The notes under the pieces were generated by a model that saw only the letters and a list, made by a program, of their open reading frames with translations, did no database searches and had not been told where the DNA came from. A stretch of DNA of 64,000 nucleotides from assembly GCA_002269645.1 (NCBI GenBank), contig NIVC01000666.1, positions 124,001 through 188,000 on the forward strand. The letters run 5' to 3'. This document shows, piece after piece, positions 24,631 to 37,274 of the stretch; position 1 is the first letter of the stretch; every line of letters starts with the position of its first letter. The translations under genes and the position numbers were made by a program. This DNA is from Macrostomum lignano. Its lineage: Eukaryota.

Positions 24631-25012
24631 CAGAGGCGTCGACATGGATTTATGTTTGGGCGGACAAAGCCAAGAATTCATGTACATGTACATGTACTAA
24701 ATGACTAAATTCCTACATGTACATTATTTTTAGTATCGATATCGTCAGCACTCATTTTGGCGCCGCTGGCCCTCATATTGGCGCCGCTGGCCCTCATTTT
24801 GGCGCCGCTGGCCCTCATTTTGGCGCCGCTGGCCCTCATTTTGGCGCCGCTGGCCCTCATTTTGGCGCCGCAGGACCTCATTTTGGCGCCGCTGGCGCTA
24901 TGTTTTGTCGCCCTGAAGCAAAATTGTTGATTTCCACAATGGGTCACAAGGTGGGGTGGGGGGACAAAGCATTGGTATGTCCCCCCCGTCGCCCCCGGTG
25001 GCAACGCCCCTG
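24631..25012. mobile_element. Non-autonomous hAT-type MITE (382 bp)
   Basis: Imperfect TIRs (left CAGAGGCGTCG; right end reverse-complements to CAGGGGCGTTG) and an 8-bp target-site duplication AATATGAT (24623-24630) / AATATGCT (25013-25020). An 8-bp TSD with CAG-initiated TIRs is typical of hAT. Contains an internal 21-bp repeat (TTTTGGCGCCGCTGGCCCTCA). Confidence 0.72.
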
Positions 25013-26099
25013 AATATGCTGATTGGTAAAAGTTATCCCATAACGCGATGGAGTTGCCGGTCCAGACTCTTCTGTCTTCTAATCTCCATGGTCCAGCTCA
25101 GAGTCTTTCACCCTTCATCACGCAGTTAGCAGATCTGCGGCTTGAATTCCCAGTCAGATCTGGGAGTTATGGGAGGGGGCTCTCAGTTCGTTAATAAGCG
25201 GTGAGGTTTATGGCCGCTGACGCGAGCCGCTGTCCCACCCACAGAGGCACAATAAATCCCTTCATTTTCTCTTGGCCCTCCCGTCGGCTTTCTTTAATGA
25301 ACGGAGAGCTGGGGAGCGGAGAGGATCTTAGCTGTCTCAAAAAAGTCATCGCTAAAGTAGCAATTCAGATGACTTTGAGCTGTACTCAAAACTGAATCTA
25401 TATACATGCACACACACATATATAAATATTCCCACCTTGGGAAGAATTTTCACAACAAAGAAATAACGCGCTCTGTATATAAGAATCCCATTTCCTGTTG
25501 CCCGCAGGTTCTCTCCCAGCTTCTCAAGCCTCAAACAGGAAGTGACCACCTGAAATCCCTCACCAGGGAGCTGGGATTGGCCATTCCTGACCTCTCTTTT
25601 AAGTTATTTTCCTATTAAAACTGGCCATTGTGAATGGCAGCACAGAATCAGTTTACAATTCAAGGAAGGCATCAGTCTGAACCGCGCGAGCCTGGTGATA
25701 TATTTGACAGTCAAACAATTGGCCATTTCTTTTGCCCGAGTGTTTCCTGCGCGCCATCCAGCAGCTACCAGTGCAAGTTCGTGAAATATTCAAATTGTGT
25801 GCGCAAACACGCCGGGCCTCCCAGCCAAGCAGCGGTCAGTCCCGGCTTGGAGAAATATTGAGCTGGGGATAAGGGAAACTCACAGGGCCGGCCCTCCCTG
25901 TTAAACTGTTGTGACAGAACCGAGTTTGTTCTGCGGGTTGGCCAAGCAACTTTCAATTTCTTTTTACAGTTTTTTCTTGGGATTTGATTCCACCGTGTGT
26001 GAGTGCTGGTGTTCCCGCTTCCCCGTGCTACCAGCCATCCAGACAATGAATGGAACAGGTTTCAGTCCTCTGCATGCAGTTCTCCCTACCTTAGAACAC

Positions 26100-26420
26100 T
26101 GTCTACTCTCCAGGCTACTTCCTTGTCTACTTCACTGTCTACTCCCCAGTCTACTTCTCTGTCTACTTCCCTGTCTACTCCCCAATCTACTTCTCTGTCT
26201 ACTTCCCTATCTACTGTTCTGTCTACTTCCCCGTCTACTTCCCAGTCTACGTCCTTCTCTACTTCCCTGTCTACTCCCCAATCTACTTCCCTGTATACTG
26301 CTATGTCTACTTCCTAGTCTACTTTTCAGTCTACTTGCTAATCTACTTATATGGATATCTACTCTACCTTACTGTCTACTCCACAGCCTACCCCACTGTC
26401 TCTCTACCCTACTATCTACT
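26100..26420. repeat. Degenerate 12-bp minisatellite (CTACTTCCCTGT)n
   Basis: Direct inspection. Confidence 0.85.
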
Positions 26421-27899
26421 TTCCTCTCAACTTCCCTGCCAACTCCACTATCACAGACACGTTTAACCCATACAGAACTGCTCAGCCCGAGTCAGCCGAC
26501 AGCTTAATTAATAATTTCTATGAAAGCGAGAAGGAGTCTTGCAGCAATGAATTTATCCAACTCACTTCGCACTCAATATTCCCAAATGTTTGCTCATTCT
26601 CCTTCTTTCCGCAGTTTTTTGCCGCCGCCCCAGACTCTCAGCGCCATCTACTCAACTTGAGAAGGCAGGTGATAAAAAACACTATAAGAGGGACAGAGCC
26701 AGGCAATGCGACAAGCGGCTGGGAGAATCGATGTGCCCAGTCTGTTGACATTTCGCCTTTAATATTGACTCAAAACGCAAGCAAATTTCGTTAGATGACA
26801 AACTTAAAGAAAGACAGAAAGAAAGAAAGTGGAAAGTTTTTCTGCAAGGGAAATTTGGCGTGAGATGATGACAAATAAGCTCATAGCCAGCGGCTTTTGT
26901 ATGCTTTTCATTCAATGAAACTTTAAATAAAAAGAGACTGCAATATTCATAGCTGCACTACTGCTGTCAGTAGACTAATCAGCCCAAGCACTATTATTTG
27001 TAAATAATCTTTGCACTCTTTGAAAGGAGTTTTCCAGAAAAAAAATGTTCAAACAAGTTTAAAGCAGAGCTACAGGCCAATCGTGTGACAATTGGGCACT
27101 GTTTTGAACGGATTCTACAGTGCATCTGAGTATATTAATAAAAGTACATTTTTAAGAGCACGCTCCCTCCCACTTCTCTGCTGCCACTGCTTGGAGAATC
27201 ACAGGCCAAATTGCTTTCACAAGCAAGCCAACAATTAAACAATAAAGAAATATAGAATTTCATTTATTACTTGCCGGGTCAGTAAAAATGGCGAGAACAA
27301 AATTGCATAGAATGAAATGTTAAACTGCTAGATACTACAGAAAACGTTTGCATTACGTTGGCACTACGTTGGCAAGGCTTCATCAGAGGCTGGGGCTAAA
27401 GGGGGAGGGTTGAAGATTCCTCTGATGCACAGCCCTGCCCTCTGGGTGAGACCTGCGTGAGCCACAGCCACTGACCTGCCCGCCCGCTGCTATTGGCGAT
27501 GAAGGAGAGAGGCTGGGCGAAGAGGTAGGGGGGGGGGTACGTGGGTCATAATGCAGCTCTATAGAGAAAGAAAATGAAAGAACTTGAAAGGAGAATTGGA
27601 GTCTTGCGGTGGACTTGAACTTTAAAAGCATTTGGTGTGCTACCAGCAGTAGCATCGTTATTAAACAGTTTCAAGCAGTCCCGCGCACTGCACTGGTGGC
27701 TGCGAACTGCACTAAAGAGATGCCAGCCAGCAGCTGAAATATTTCTCCGAATCTCTGCTTGCTTCCGGGTCTCCGGTAGCATTTTGAGAAAAATTGCTTA
27801 AAAACTTCACTATTAATCTCATTCCAGTGTAGCCTTCTTCTGCTTTAGTGGTCCATGAATCCGTTTCTTCCCTTGTGTTATCGCGATCCAGTCCAGATT

Positions 27900-29400
27900 C
27901 TCTCCCCCTCCCTATCTCTCGCCCATCTCCCCCTCTCCCATTCTCTCCCCCTCTCTCGTCTCTCCCATTCTCTTCCCTCTCTCGTCTCTTCCATTCTCTC
28001 CCCCTCTCTCGTCTCTCCCATTCTCTCCCCTCTCCCCTCTCTCGTCTCTCCCCTCGCTCGTCTCTCCCCTCTCCCCTCTCTCGTCTCTCCCCTCGCTCGT
28101 CTCTCCCATTCTCTCCCCCTCTCTCGTCTCTCCCCTCGCTCGTCTCTCCCATTCTCTCCCCTCTCCCCTCTCTCGTCTCTCCCCTCGCTCGTCTCTCCCA
28201 TTCTCTCCCCCTCTCTCGTCTCTCCCATTCTCTCCCCCTCGCTCGTCTCTCCCATTCTCTCCCCCTCTCTCGTCTCTCCCCTCTCCCCTCTCTCGTCTCT
28301 CCCATTCTCTCCCCCTCTCTCGTCTCTCCCATTCTCTCCCCTCTCCCCTCTCTCGTCTCTCCCCTCGCTCGTCTCTCCCATTCTCTCCCCCTCTCTCGTC
28401 TCTCCCATTCTCTCCCCCTCTCTCGTCTCTCCCATTCTCTCCCCTCTCTCGTCTCTCCCCTCGCTCGTCTCTCCCATTCTCTCCCCCTCTCTCGTCTCTC
28501 CCATTCTCTCCCCTCTCCCCTCTCTCGTCTCTCCCCTCGCTCGTCTCTCCCATTCTCTCCCCTCTCCCCTCTCTCGTCTCTCCCCTCGCTCGTCTCTCCC
28601 ATTCTCTCCCCCTCTCTCGTCTCTCCCCTCTCCCCTCTCTCGTCTCTCCCATTCTCTCCCCCTCTCTCGTCTCTCCCATTCTCTCCCCCTCTCTCTCGTC
28701 TCTCCCATTCTCTCCCCTCTCTCGTCTCCCCTCGCTCGTCTCTCCCATTCTCTCCCCCTCTCTCGTCTCTCCCATTCTCTCCCCTCTCCCCTCTCTCGTC
28801 TCTCCCCTCTCTCGTCTCTCCCCTCGCTCGTCTCTCCCATTCTCTCCCCTCTCTCGTCTCTCCCTCGCTCGTCTCTCCCATTCTCTCCCCCTCTCTCGTC
28901 TCTCCCATTCTCTCCCCTCTCTCGTCTCTCCCCTCGCTCGTCTCTCCCATTCTCTCCCCCTCTCTCATCTCTCCCATTCTCTCCCCCTCTCTCGTCTCTC
29001 CCATTCTCTCCCCCTCTCTCGTCTCTTCCATTCTCTCCCCCTCTCTCGTCTCTCCCATTCTCTCCCCTCTCCCCTCTCCCATTCTCTCCCCCTCGCTCGT
29101 CTCTCCCATTCTCTCCCCCTCTCTCGTCTCTCCCATTCTCTCCCCCTCTCTCGTCTCTCCCCTCTCTCGTCTCTCCCATTCTCTCCCCCTCGCTCGTCTC
29201 TCCCATTCTCTCCCCCTCTCTCGTCTCTCCCATTCTCTCCCCTCTCCCCTCTCCCATTCTCTCCCCCTCGCTCGTCTCTCCCATTCTCTCCCCTCTCTCG
29301 TCTCTCCCATTCTCTCCCCTCTCCCCTCTCTCGTCTCTCCCCTTGCTCGTCTCTCCCATTCTCCGCCTCTCTCTCGCCCTCTCTCTCCACCCTCTCTATT
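27900..29400. repeat. Pyrimidine-rich minisatellite (CTCTCGTCTCTCCCATTCTCTCCCC)n
   Basis: 1.5 kb of mosaic units. Confidence 0.96.
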
Positions 29401-29629
29401 CCCTATCTCTTCCCCTCTCTCAACCTTATCCATATTTGAGGCCCCCTCGGTTGAGGCCAAACTGCAGCGAACGCGCCGACTATCCGGTGCATCCATGCAT
29501 TGCATGCACTATGAAGCGAATCTATCTATAAACTGTTTGACAAATTACGAACCACATAAAGTAAAAAATAGCGACAGACAAAAACTGAGAGCAAACGATC
29601 AGAAAGATTAAAAACGAAAAAGTGAGAGA

Positions 29630-31240
29630 TTGAAAGAGACGGTGAAAGATAGGAAGAGAGACAGTGAGATATAGAAGGAGAGACAGTGAGATATAGAAGG
29701 AGAGACAGTGAGATATAGAAGGAGAGACAGTGAGATATAGAAGGAGAGACAGTGAGAGATAGAAAGAGAGACAGAGAAAGATAGGAAGAGAGACAGTGAG
29801 AGATAGAAAGAGAGACATAGAATGATAGGAAGAGAGCCAGTGAGAGATAGAAAGATAGACAGTGAGATAGAGAGACAGTGAGAGATAGAAAGAGAGACAG
29901 TGAGAGATAGAGAGACAGTGAGAGATAGAAAGAGAGACAGTGAGATATAGAGAGACAGTGAGAGATAGAAAGAGAGACAGAGAAAGATAGAAGGAGAGAC
30001 AGTGAGAGATAGAAGGAGAGACAGTGAGAGATAGAAGGAGAGACAGTGAGAGATAGAGAGACAGTGAGAGATAGAAAGAGAGACAGTGAGATATAGAGAG
30101 ACAGTGAGAGATAGAAAGAGAGACAGTGAGAGATAGAAAGAGAGACAGTGAGATATAGAAGGAGAGACAGTGAGAGATAGAGAGACAGTGAGATATAGAG
30201 AGACAGTGAGAGATAGAAAGAGAGACAGAGAAAGATAGGAAGAGAGGCAGTGAGAGATAGAAAGAGAGACATAGAATGATAGGAAGAGAGACAGTGAGAG
30301 ATAGAAGGAGAGACAGTGAGAGATAGAAGGAGAGACAGTGAGAGATAGAAGGAGAGACAGTGAGAGATAGAAGGAGAGACAGTGAGATATAGAAAGAGAG
30401 ACAGTGAGAGATAGAAAGAGAGACATAGAATGATAGGAAGAGAGACAGTGAGAGATAGAAGGAGAGACAGTGAGATATAGAAGGAGAGACAGTGAGATAT
30501 AGAAGGAGAGACAGTGAGATATAGAAAGAGAGACAGTGAGAGATAGAAGGAGAGACAGTGAGAGATAGAAGGAGAGACAGTGAGATATAGAAGGAGAGAC
30601 AGTGAGAGATAGAAGGAGAGACAGTGAGAGATAGAAGGAGAGACAGTGAGAGATAGAAGGAGAGACAGTGAGATATAGAAAGAGAGACAGTGAGAGATAG
30701 AAAGAGAGACATAGAATGATAGGAAGAGAGACAGTGAGAGATAGAAGGAGAGACAGTGAGATATAGAAGGAGAGACAGTGAGATATAGAAGGAGAGACAG
30801 TGAGATATAGAAAGAGAGACAGTGAGAGATAGAAGGAGAGACAGTGAGAGATAGAAGGAGAGACAGTGAGATATAGAAGGAGAGACAGTGAGAGATAGAA
30901 GGAGAGACAGTGAGAGATAGAAGGAGAGACAGTGAGAGATAGAAGGAGAGACAGTGAGATATAGAAAGAGAGACAGTGAGAGATAGAAAGAGAGACATAG
31001 AATGATAGGAAGAGAGACAGTGAGAGATAGAAGGAGAGACAGTGAGATATAGAAGGAGAGACAGTGAGAGATAGAAGGAGAGACAGTGAGAGATAGAAGG
31101 AGAGACAGTGAGATATAGAAGGAGAGACAGTGAGAGATAGAAGGAGAGACAGTGAGATATAGAAAGAGAGACAGTGAGAGATAGAGAGACAGTGAGAGAT
31201 AGAGAGACAGTGAGAGATAGAGAGACAGTGAGAGACATGG
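29630..31240. repeat. Purine-rich 22-bp minisatellite (GAGAGACAGTGAGAGATAGAAG)n
   Basis: 1.6 kb with recurrent variant units (ACATAGAATGATAGGAA). Confidence 0.96.
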
Positions 31241-31499
31241 AGAGACGCCCCGCGTAGGTCCTACGAATACTACCCGAGTTTTGAACTTTTCAACCAAAGC
31301 TGCTCAGCACGAGCGCTGCAAAGCCGCCACCCCACAATCTTAAATAAACAGCTCAGTGCTTTGAGTATGGAGCAGCTTATAGCAAGATACACACTCATCA
31401 CTGAAGTGGCGGGGGTGGTCCATCCAGTATGGTCACGCATGCATGCTATGGCGCATTTTTGAGTCCTAAAGCTGGTGAATGTAAGTGTAGTTAACGGCT

Positions 31500-31978
31500 C
31501 ATCTCATAAAACGGTCGTTCATAACAATTCTCATGAAACGGTCATTCATAACTATAGTTCTCATGAAACGGTCATTTATAACAAATCTCATGAAACGGTC
31601 ATTCATAACCATTTTCATGAAACGGTCATTCATAACAATCTCATGAAACGGTCATTCATACAAATTCTCATGAAACGGTCATTCATACAAATTCTCATGA
31701 AACGGTCATTCAAAAAAATTCTCATGAAACGGTAATTCATACGAATTCTCATGAAACGATCATTCATACAAATTCTCATGAAACGGTCATTTATACAAAT
31801 TCTCATGAAACGGTAATTCATAACAAATCTCATGAAACGGTCATTCATACAAATTCTCATGAAACGGTAATTTATAACAAATCTCATGAAACGGTCATTC
31901 ATACAAATTCTCATGAAACGGTCATTCAAAAAAATTCTCATGAAACGGTCATTCATACAAATTCTCATGAAACGGTCA
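31500..31978. repeat. 27-bp minisatellite (CTCATGAAACGGTCATTCATACAAATT)n
   Basis: About 17 units. Confidence 0.95.
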
Positions 31979-32896
31979 AGGGTCATAATGCAGTGAGTCA
32001 AGTATTACAGCCTCCTCTGGTAATATTTATAAACGACAGCTGACAGACTATAAATAGCTTGGCTAGAAGAAATTTATTTAGAAAAAAATAATCATTTGTC
32101 GTACACAAAAAAGATGTTTTTAGGCGGTGCGTGTCGAGTTCTGCCAAATAAACAAAAAACATTATTCTAAAAACAGGCACAACTGAAGCATGCTCCGGAG
32201 AACGCACAGCACTGAATGGGCTTTTGCCATAGACAAACTGGACACCACTAGCACTGAACGCTCTGGCGACACCATTCAACTGTTCATACCGATTGACACA
32301 AAAGTTGAAAAGAGAAGCCTTATTGAGATCAACAAGTTGCAGTGAAGGTGCAAAATGAAATAATAAAATAAAATTATGGAATGTGTATAAAAACTGATTT
32401 CAGGCCTAATATATTTTTAGAAAAATATGAGTAAAAATCTGAAATATGATGGCCCGATTGTTTGCCCAAATAGGGGAGCTTAAAAATCCAATAGCATGGA
32501 CTACAGTTGTTCATTAAGCTAGGAAAATTATTGTAGAACTTATGGAATATTGTCATTCAGAATCAACAGCTCCTGCCCTAGGGAAAAATAAAATGCATAG
32601 AAATAACAGCAACAGACACGATGGTAATATTGACAGGAAGAAGAGCTCCGATAATTAATTTAAAACGATTTTAACAGAATACGGGTGTTGCCACTTCAAC
32701 TGAGATCGCTGCATCCGAGGGTCATTACTAGAAAGAAGAGCTATTATTGTATTCGTAACTTTAATAGGGTAGCGATTGAAATATTGAGATTGATTTTTAT
32801 TAAGTTTTGAGTTAGTAATGCCGCGTGTGCGTACAGTCCGAATGTACATAGCTCAGATTACATCTTCAATGTACATGACAAAAATGAATATCTTAG

Positions 32897-33045
32897 CTGT
32901 TTCTAAAAATAGCACAGTATGCACCCTAGGTGTACATACACCCTGTTTCTAAAAATAGCAACCTTGGGTGTAAACTACACCGTTGCTAAAAATAGCATTG
33001 TGTGCATCTTGGGTGTACACTTATCCCGTTTCTAAAAATAGCCCA
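32897..33045. promoter_or_regulatory. Cluster of four exact CTAAAAATAG (MEF2-consensus) motifs interleaved with GGTGTA..TACACC dyads
   Basis: CTAAAAATAG at 32903, 32949, 32986 and 33032. Function is not shown by the sequence. Confidence 0.35.
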
Positions 33046-33230
33046 GAGTACACTCTGACTGTAATTTCCTTCCGCCGCTATAAGTCAAATGTTAATATTC
33101 ACACCACCTCTAAAGCCAAACGACGGGCAGGAGCGACACGCGCAGGGCGCGGCAATTAGCGAGTCAGTCGAACCGAATGGCAGTCACGAAAAGACACAAG
33201 GAAACAGTAACTGGCACAGAGAAAAATCAT

Positions 33231-33482
33231 TTAAGCGACTTGACGCTGCACCTTGGACACGAAGCCCCAGGAGCTGACGACGCCGCGGTGGCGGTAGCTG
33301 GTGGTGATCCGCGCCAGCCAGCCAGGCTGCCAGCCTGTGGCATCGGCGGCGCCCAGCACTCCGCCAAAAATGTCGCGCAGACGGTCGGCTGGCAGGGGAT
33401 CGGCGGGGTCGCTGTGCACCAGCACCTGCAGCCTGTTAGCTGACGCGAACTCGCGCAGCCGACTGGGAGCTGTGCAGGCAGC
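33231..33482 (-). CDS. GCLM: Glutamate-cysteine ligase modifier subunit, exon 3 (terminal)
   Basis: AACTAPSRLREFASANRLQVLVHSDP...WQPGWLARITTSYRHRGVVSSWGF aligns with GCLM CCVMPPDLTAFAKQFDIQLLTHNDP...WVPLWLLRYSVIVKSRGIIKSKGY. Acceptor atcgccag, phase 0. Confidence 0.9.
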   Translation of the reverse strand, partial: AACTAPSRLREFASANRLQVLVHSDPADPLPADRLRDIFGGVLGAADATGWQPGWLARITTSYRHRGVVSSWGFVSKVQRQVA

Positions 33483-33592
33483 CTGGCGATTGATTGATGA
33501 TGTGGAAAAGCTGAGATGAGTTAACAGAGCCAAAAAAATTGTAAAAAATGTAAAATCCAACCTAAAACGTGAAAGACCGATAAAAATGGGCT

Positions 33593-33825
33593 CCATTCCA
33601 GGAAATCAGATGCGAATCGAATACCATTCCAGGAAATCAGACGAGAATCGAATGCCATTCCAGGAAATCAGATGCGACTCAATACCATTCCAAGAAATCA
33701 GATGCGAATCGAATACCATTCCAAGAAATCAGATGCGAATCGAATACCATTCCAGGAAATCAGAAGATGTGAATCGAATACCATTCCAGGAAATCAGACG
33801 AATCGAATGCCATTCCAGGAAATTA
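33593..33825. repeat. ~31-bp minisatellite (GAATACCATTCCAGGAAATCAGATGCGAATC)n in GCLM intron 2
   Basis: About 7 units. Confidence 0.9.
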
Positions 33826-33915
33826 CATTAAATTACAGGAAATGGGATTACAACTAAACCACATTCTAAGAAACGAGATGCCACCAGGACCAGCAGCAGC
33901 TGTCCCAAGCTTCAC

Positions 33916-34380
33916 CTGAGCAGACAGCTGGTAGATGCTGGGCTTTTCCGCCGCCCAGTCGTACAGCTGCTCCAGCAGGTCGGAATCCACATCGGCGAGG
34001 CCCAGACTGCCAACAACATCGGCAGCCCGGAGCTCCTCCAACTCCGCCCAGATCGGCTTGACTTCATCCAGCAGCGGTGGCTGCGGGCCGGAGCTGACGA
34101 GGCTCAGCACAACGCCGTCGCAGTCTTCAGCTGCCAGGCTGGCCAGCGCAGTTTCCACGGCGTCGCTGACGGCGCCGCGCCAGTAGGTGTCGATGTACAC
34201 CGTCAGCTTGATATAGATGCGCAGCTCTTCCCGATCATCCAGCATGGCTTGGCGCTGCGCCATGTCCAGCTGCTTCTGGACTGGGCAGGTCACCCGCAGC
34301 TGATCAGTGTACTGCAGCGAGTGCTGCTCTGTCTGAGCATTCAGCCAGCCATTGAACAAGCAGCGGATGCTGTCCAGTAT
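33916..34380 (-). CDS. GCLM: GCLM exon 2 (aldo-keto-reductase-like fold)
   Basis: REELRIYIKL...VKPIWAELEEL...SLGLADVDSDLLEQLYDWAAEKPSIYQ aligns with GCLM REEMKVSAKL...LQPYWEELENL...AIGTSDLDKTQLEQLYQWAQVKPNSNQ. Acceptor gatcag; donor CAG|GTGAAG. Confidence 0.92.
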
Positions 34381-35315
34381 CTGATCGATTGATGGGCCAC
34401 ATATTTAGAGTATTATAAGCAACATTTAGACAATATAATCTTGAATAAATATCCTCAATGATGCGATGATGAGGCTATTTACTTTATAAATATAAAACAA
34501 AGGTGGCCTTTACACTAGAAAATTCAGGCATATTTTTGCCTCTCACTAAGAATTTTGGCATATACTTGGCATATCGAATTTTTTGGTTCAACATTGGCTA
34601 ATAAAATTGGTATACAGTTAGGGTTTGGCATATCTAGTATATAGCAAAAAAAGTTTATAGAGTTCAGTAAATTCTTTTGTTTCCAAAAAAATCTATTGTA
34701 AAAAAGTTGACATACAAGCAACTTTAATTTATTTGATATAATTTTTTCAAATTTATATCAGCATATAATTGAAGAAACTTGAGTTTTCATTCTAGCAAAT
34801 GCCTAGCATAATATATAGACTAAGTTTAGGGCAGAGATTATAGTTTTAAGCAAATATTTAAATTAATACCTTAATATACTTTAGCTTAAACTAAATAAAA
34901 AGTACAAATACTTAATTCAATAATTTGCTTTCATCACTAATAAATCAAGTTTAACAAGTATTAAACAAGCATAAAACAATTATGGGCAATCCTCTAGTCT
35001 AGTGTGTTTAATCCTAATCCTCTAAACTAGAGGATTGCCTAATTATGTTTATAAAAACTTTTAAGTTAATAAAATTCAATTAGGAGTGATAAAACGGAAA
35101 TTCTCTTTTAGTTTATTTTTTTAACAGCAACACATTGCATTGGTTATGCAATAAAATATTTAACAATTATACACAAAATTTTCTCTTTCAAAATTTGCCT
35201 TATGAGAAAAGCCCATACATATAAGCTATCTACAAATGCCAGTCAACGAAAAATTTGTTAGACATCCCAGTAAATTGCATGACTAAAAACTCAAAATTTA
35301 ACTCAGCGTTCATAC

Positions 35316-35432
35316 CTCCTCACTTGCTGGCAAAGCCGTCAAAGGTCTCTTTTTCAGACGGTTCCAATTAAGAATGTTTCCTGTCTCAAACACGATAGAG
35401 CGACACTTTGGAAGAATGGGAATGTCATTCAT
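35316..35432 (-). CDS. GCLM: GCLM exon 1 (MNDIPILPKCRSIVFETGNILNWNRLKKRPLTALPASEE)
   Basis: Too short for the ORF track. TGNILNWNRLKK matches the GCLM N-terminal TGNLLNWGRLRKK. Donor GAG|GTATGA, phase 0. Spliced total is 277 aa. Confidence 0.9.
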
Positions 35433-36493
35433 ATTTGTTACTAATGTTTTTTAACCCACTTTTCTTGATATAAGTCAATCTTATTTAAAGAAGTTCAACA
35501 AGAGACAAAGTGCCACCGAGCAGCTAACTGCTAGCGCCTAGACGGATTAGATGTTCATGTTCGTAGAAATTTTTCCTTTTAAATAGTTTTACCCAAGAAT
35601 TTAGGTAAAACAAAAGTTTTTTGTAGCAGCAATTTTTGCTTTAAAGTTTTTCTAAAAATTAAAACAATTTTTGTAACAGTTATAAAAATAAATTTGAAAT
35701 TTGACAAACTTATGAAGAAACATATTATTTGACCTCGTAACTAATTTGTCCCCTGTGTCGGCAGGAGATTTCGTTTATTTCTATTCCAGCAAGATTTTAT
35801 GTCAAGATGTGTTGGTTTTAATCAAATAGATATTCGCCCTGAAAGTCCTTATGTGAGGAGAATTTTTTATTGTATAAATAACGAGCATATTATTTCTCTG
35901 TATTTCGCTCGTATTATCATAACTATAGCATTGCTGTAAGTAAAGACGTTGCCACTAGGTATAGAACTAAATCGGACAAACAAACAAAAAGGTACCAACT
36001 TGACAGTTCAGCTACGGTATATTCACAACAGACTATTTACAGCTATTAAGAGCAATTTGCTTAGAAAAACAAAAATAATGCAGTACTCGTATATTTTCAG
36101 CTAAGTTATATTTGCCAAGATAATCTTACTGCGTTAGAAGTTTCAGCAAAGTTGAGCATAAGTTAATCCAATTCATAAAGTCTCAAAGGCGACTAATATG
36201 AAGCCTTCTCGCGCTAAAAAGCTGATTATTTCTGGATTAGTATAAAGCCAAAGAGCAAATTGCTGTGTAGCTCCCGCGACGACCTCTGGATTAAGTTAAT
36301 TAAGTACGAGGTATATTGTAACACGATCGGGATAAAAATAGCTTTAGCAGCTCGAGAAAGAAAGCACAAAAGATTTGGCTCACGGATCACACTCCACTAC
36401 TCCTGTGGCATCACTCAAAAATTGGAATGGGTATGTGATTGTGAAGCCGCAAATTCATTTACAGACAGACATTGTACAGTCGAGTTGATATAT

Positions 36494-37274
36494 TGCATAG
36501 AGATAGAGATTGCATAGAGATAGAGATTGCATAGAGATAGAGATTGCATAGAGATAGAGATTGCATAGAGATAGAGATTGCATAGAGATAGAGGTTGCAT
36601 ATAGAGATTGCATAGAGATGAGATTGCATAGAGATAGAGATTGCATAGAGATAGAGATTGCATAGAGATAGAGATTGCATAGAGATAGAGATTGCATAGA
36701 AGATAGAGATTGCATAGAGATAGAGATTGCATAGAGATAGAGGTTGCATAGAGATTGCATAGAGATGAGATTGCATAGGAGAGATGAGATTGCATAGATG
36801 CAGCAGATAGAGATATGACATAGAGATAGAGATTGCATGAGGTTGCATAGAGATTGCATAGAGATGGAGATTGCATAGAGATAGAGATTGCATAAGAGAT
36901 TATTATAGAGATTGCATAGAGATAGAGTTGCATAAGAGATTGCATAGAGATGGAGATTGCATAGAGATAGAGATTGCATAGAGATAGAGATTGCATAGAG
37001 ATAGAGATTGCATAGAGATAGAGATTGCATAGAGATAGAGATTGCATAGAGATAGAGATTGCATAGAGATAGAGATTGCATAGAGATAGAGATTGCATAG
37101 AGATAGAGATTGCATAGAGATAGAGATTGCATAGAGATAGAGATTGCATAGAGATAGAGATTGCATAGAGATAGAGATTGCATAGAGATAGAGATTGCAT
37201 AGAGATAGAGATTGCATAGAGATAGAGATTGCATAGAGATAGAGATTGCATAGAGATAGAGATTGCATAGAGAT
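36494..37274. repeat. 18-bp minisatellite (GATTGCATAGAGATAGA)n-type
   Basis: Direct inspection. Confidence 0.96.
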
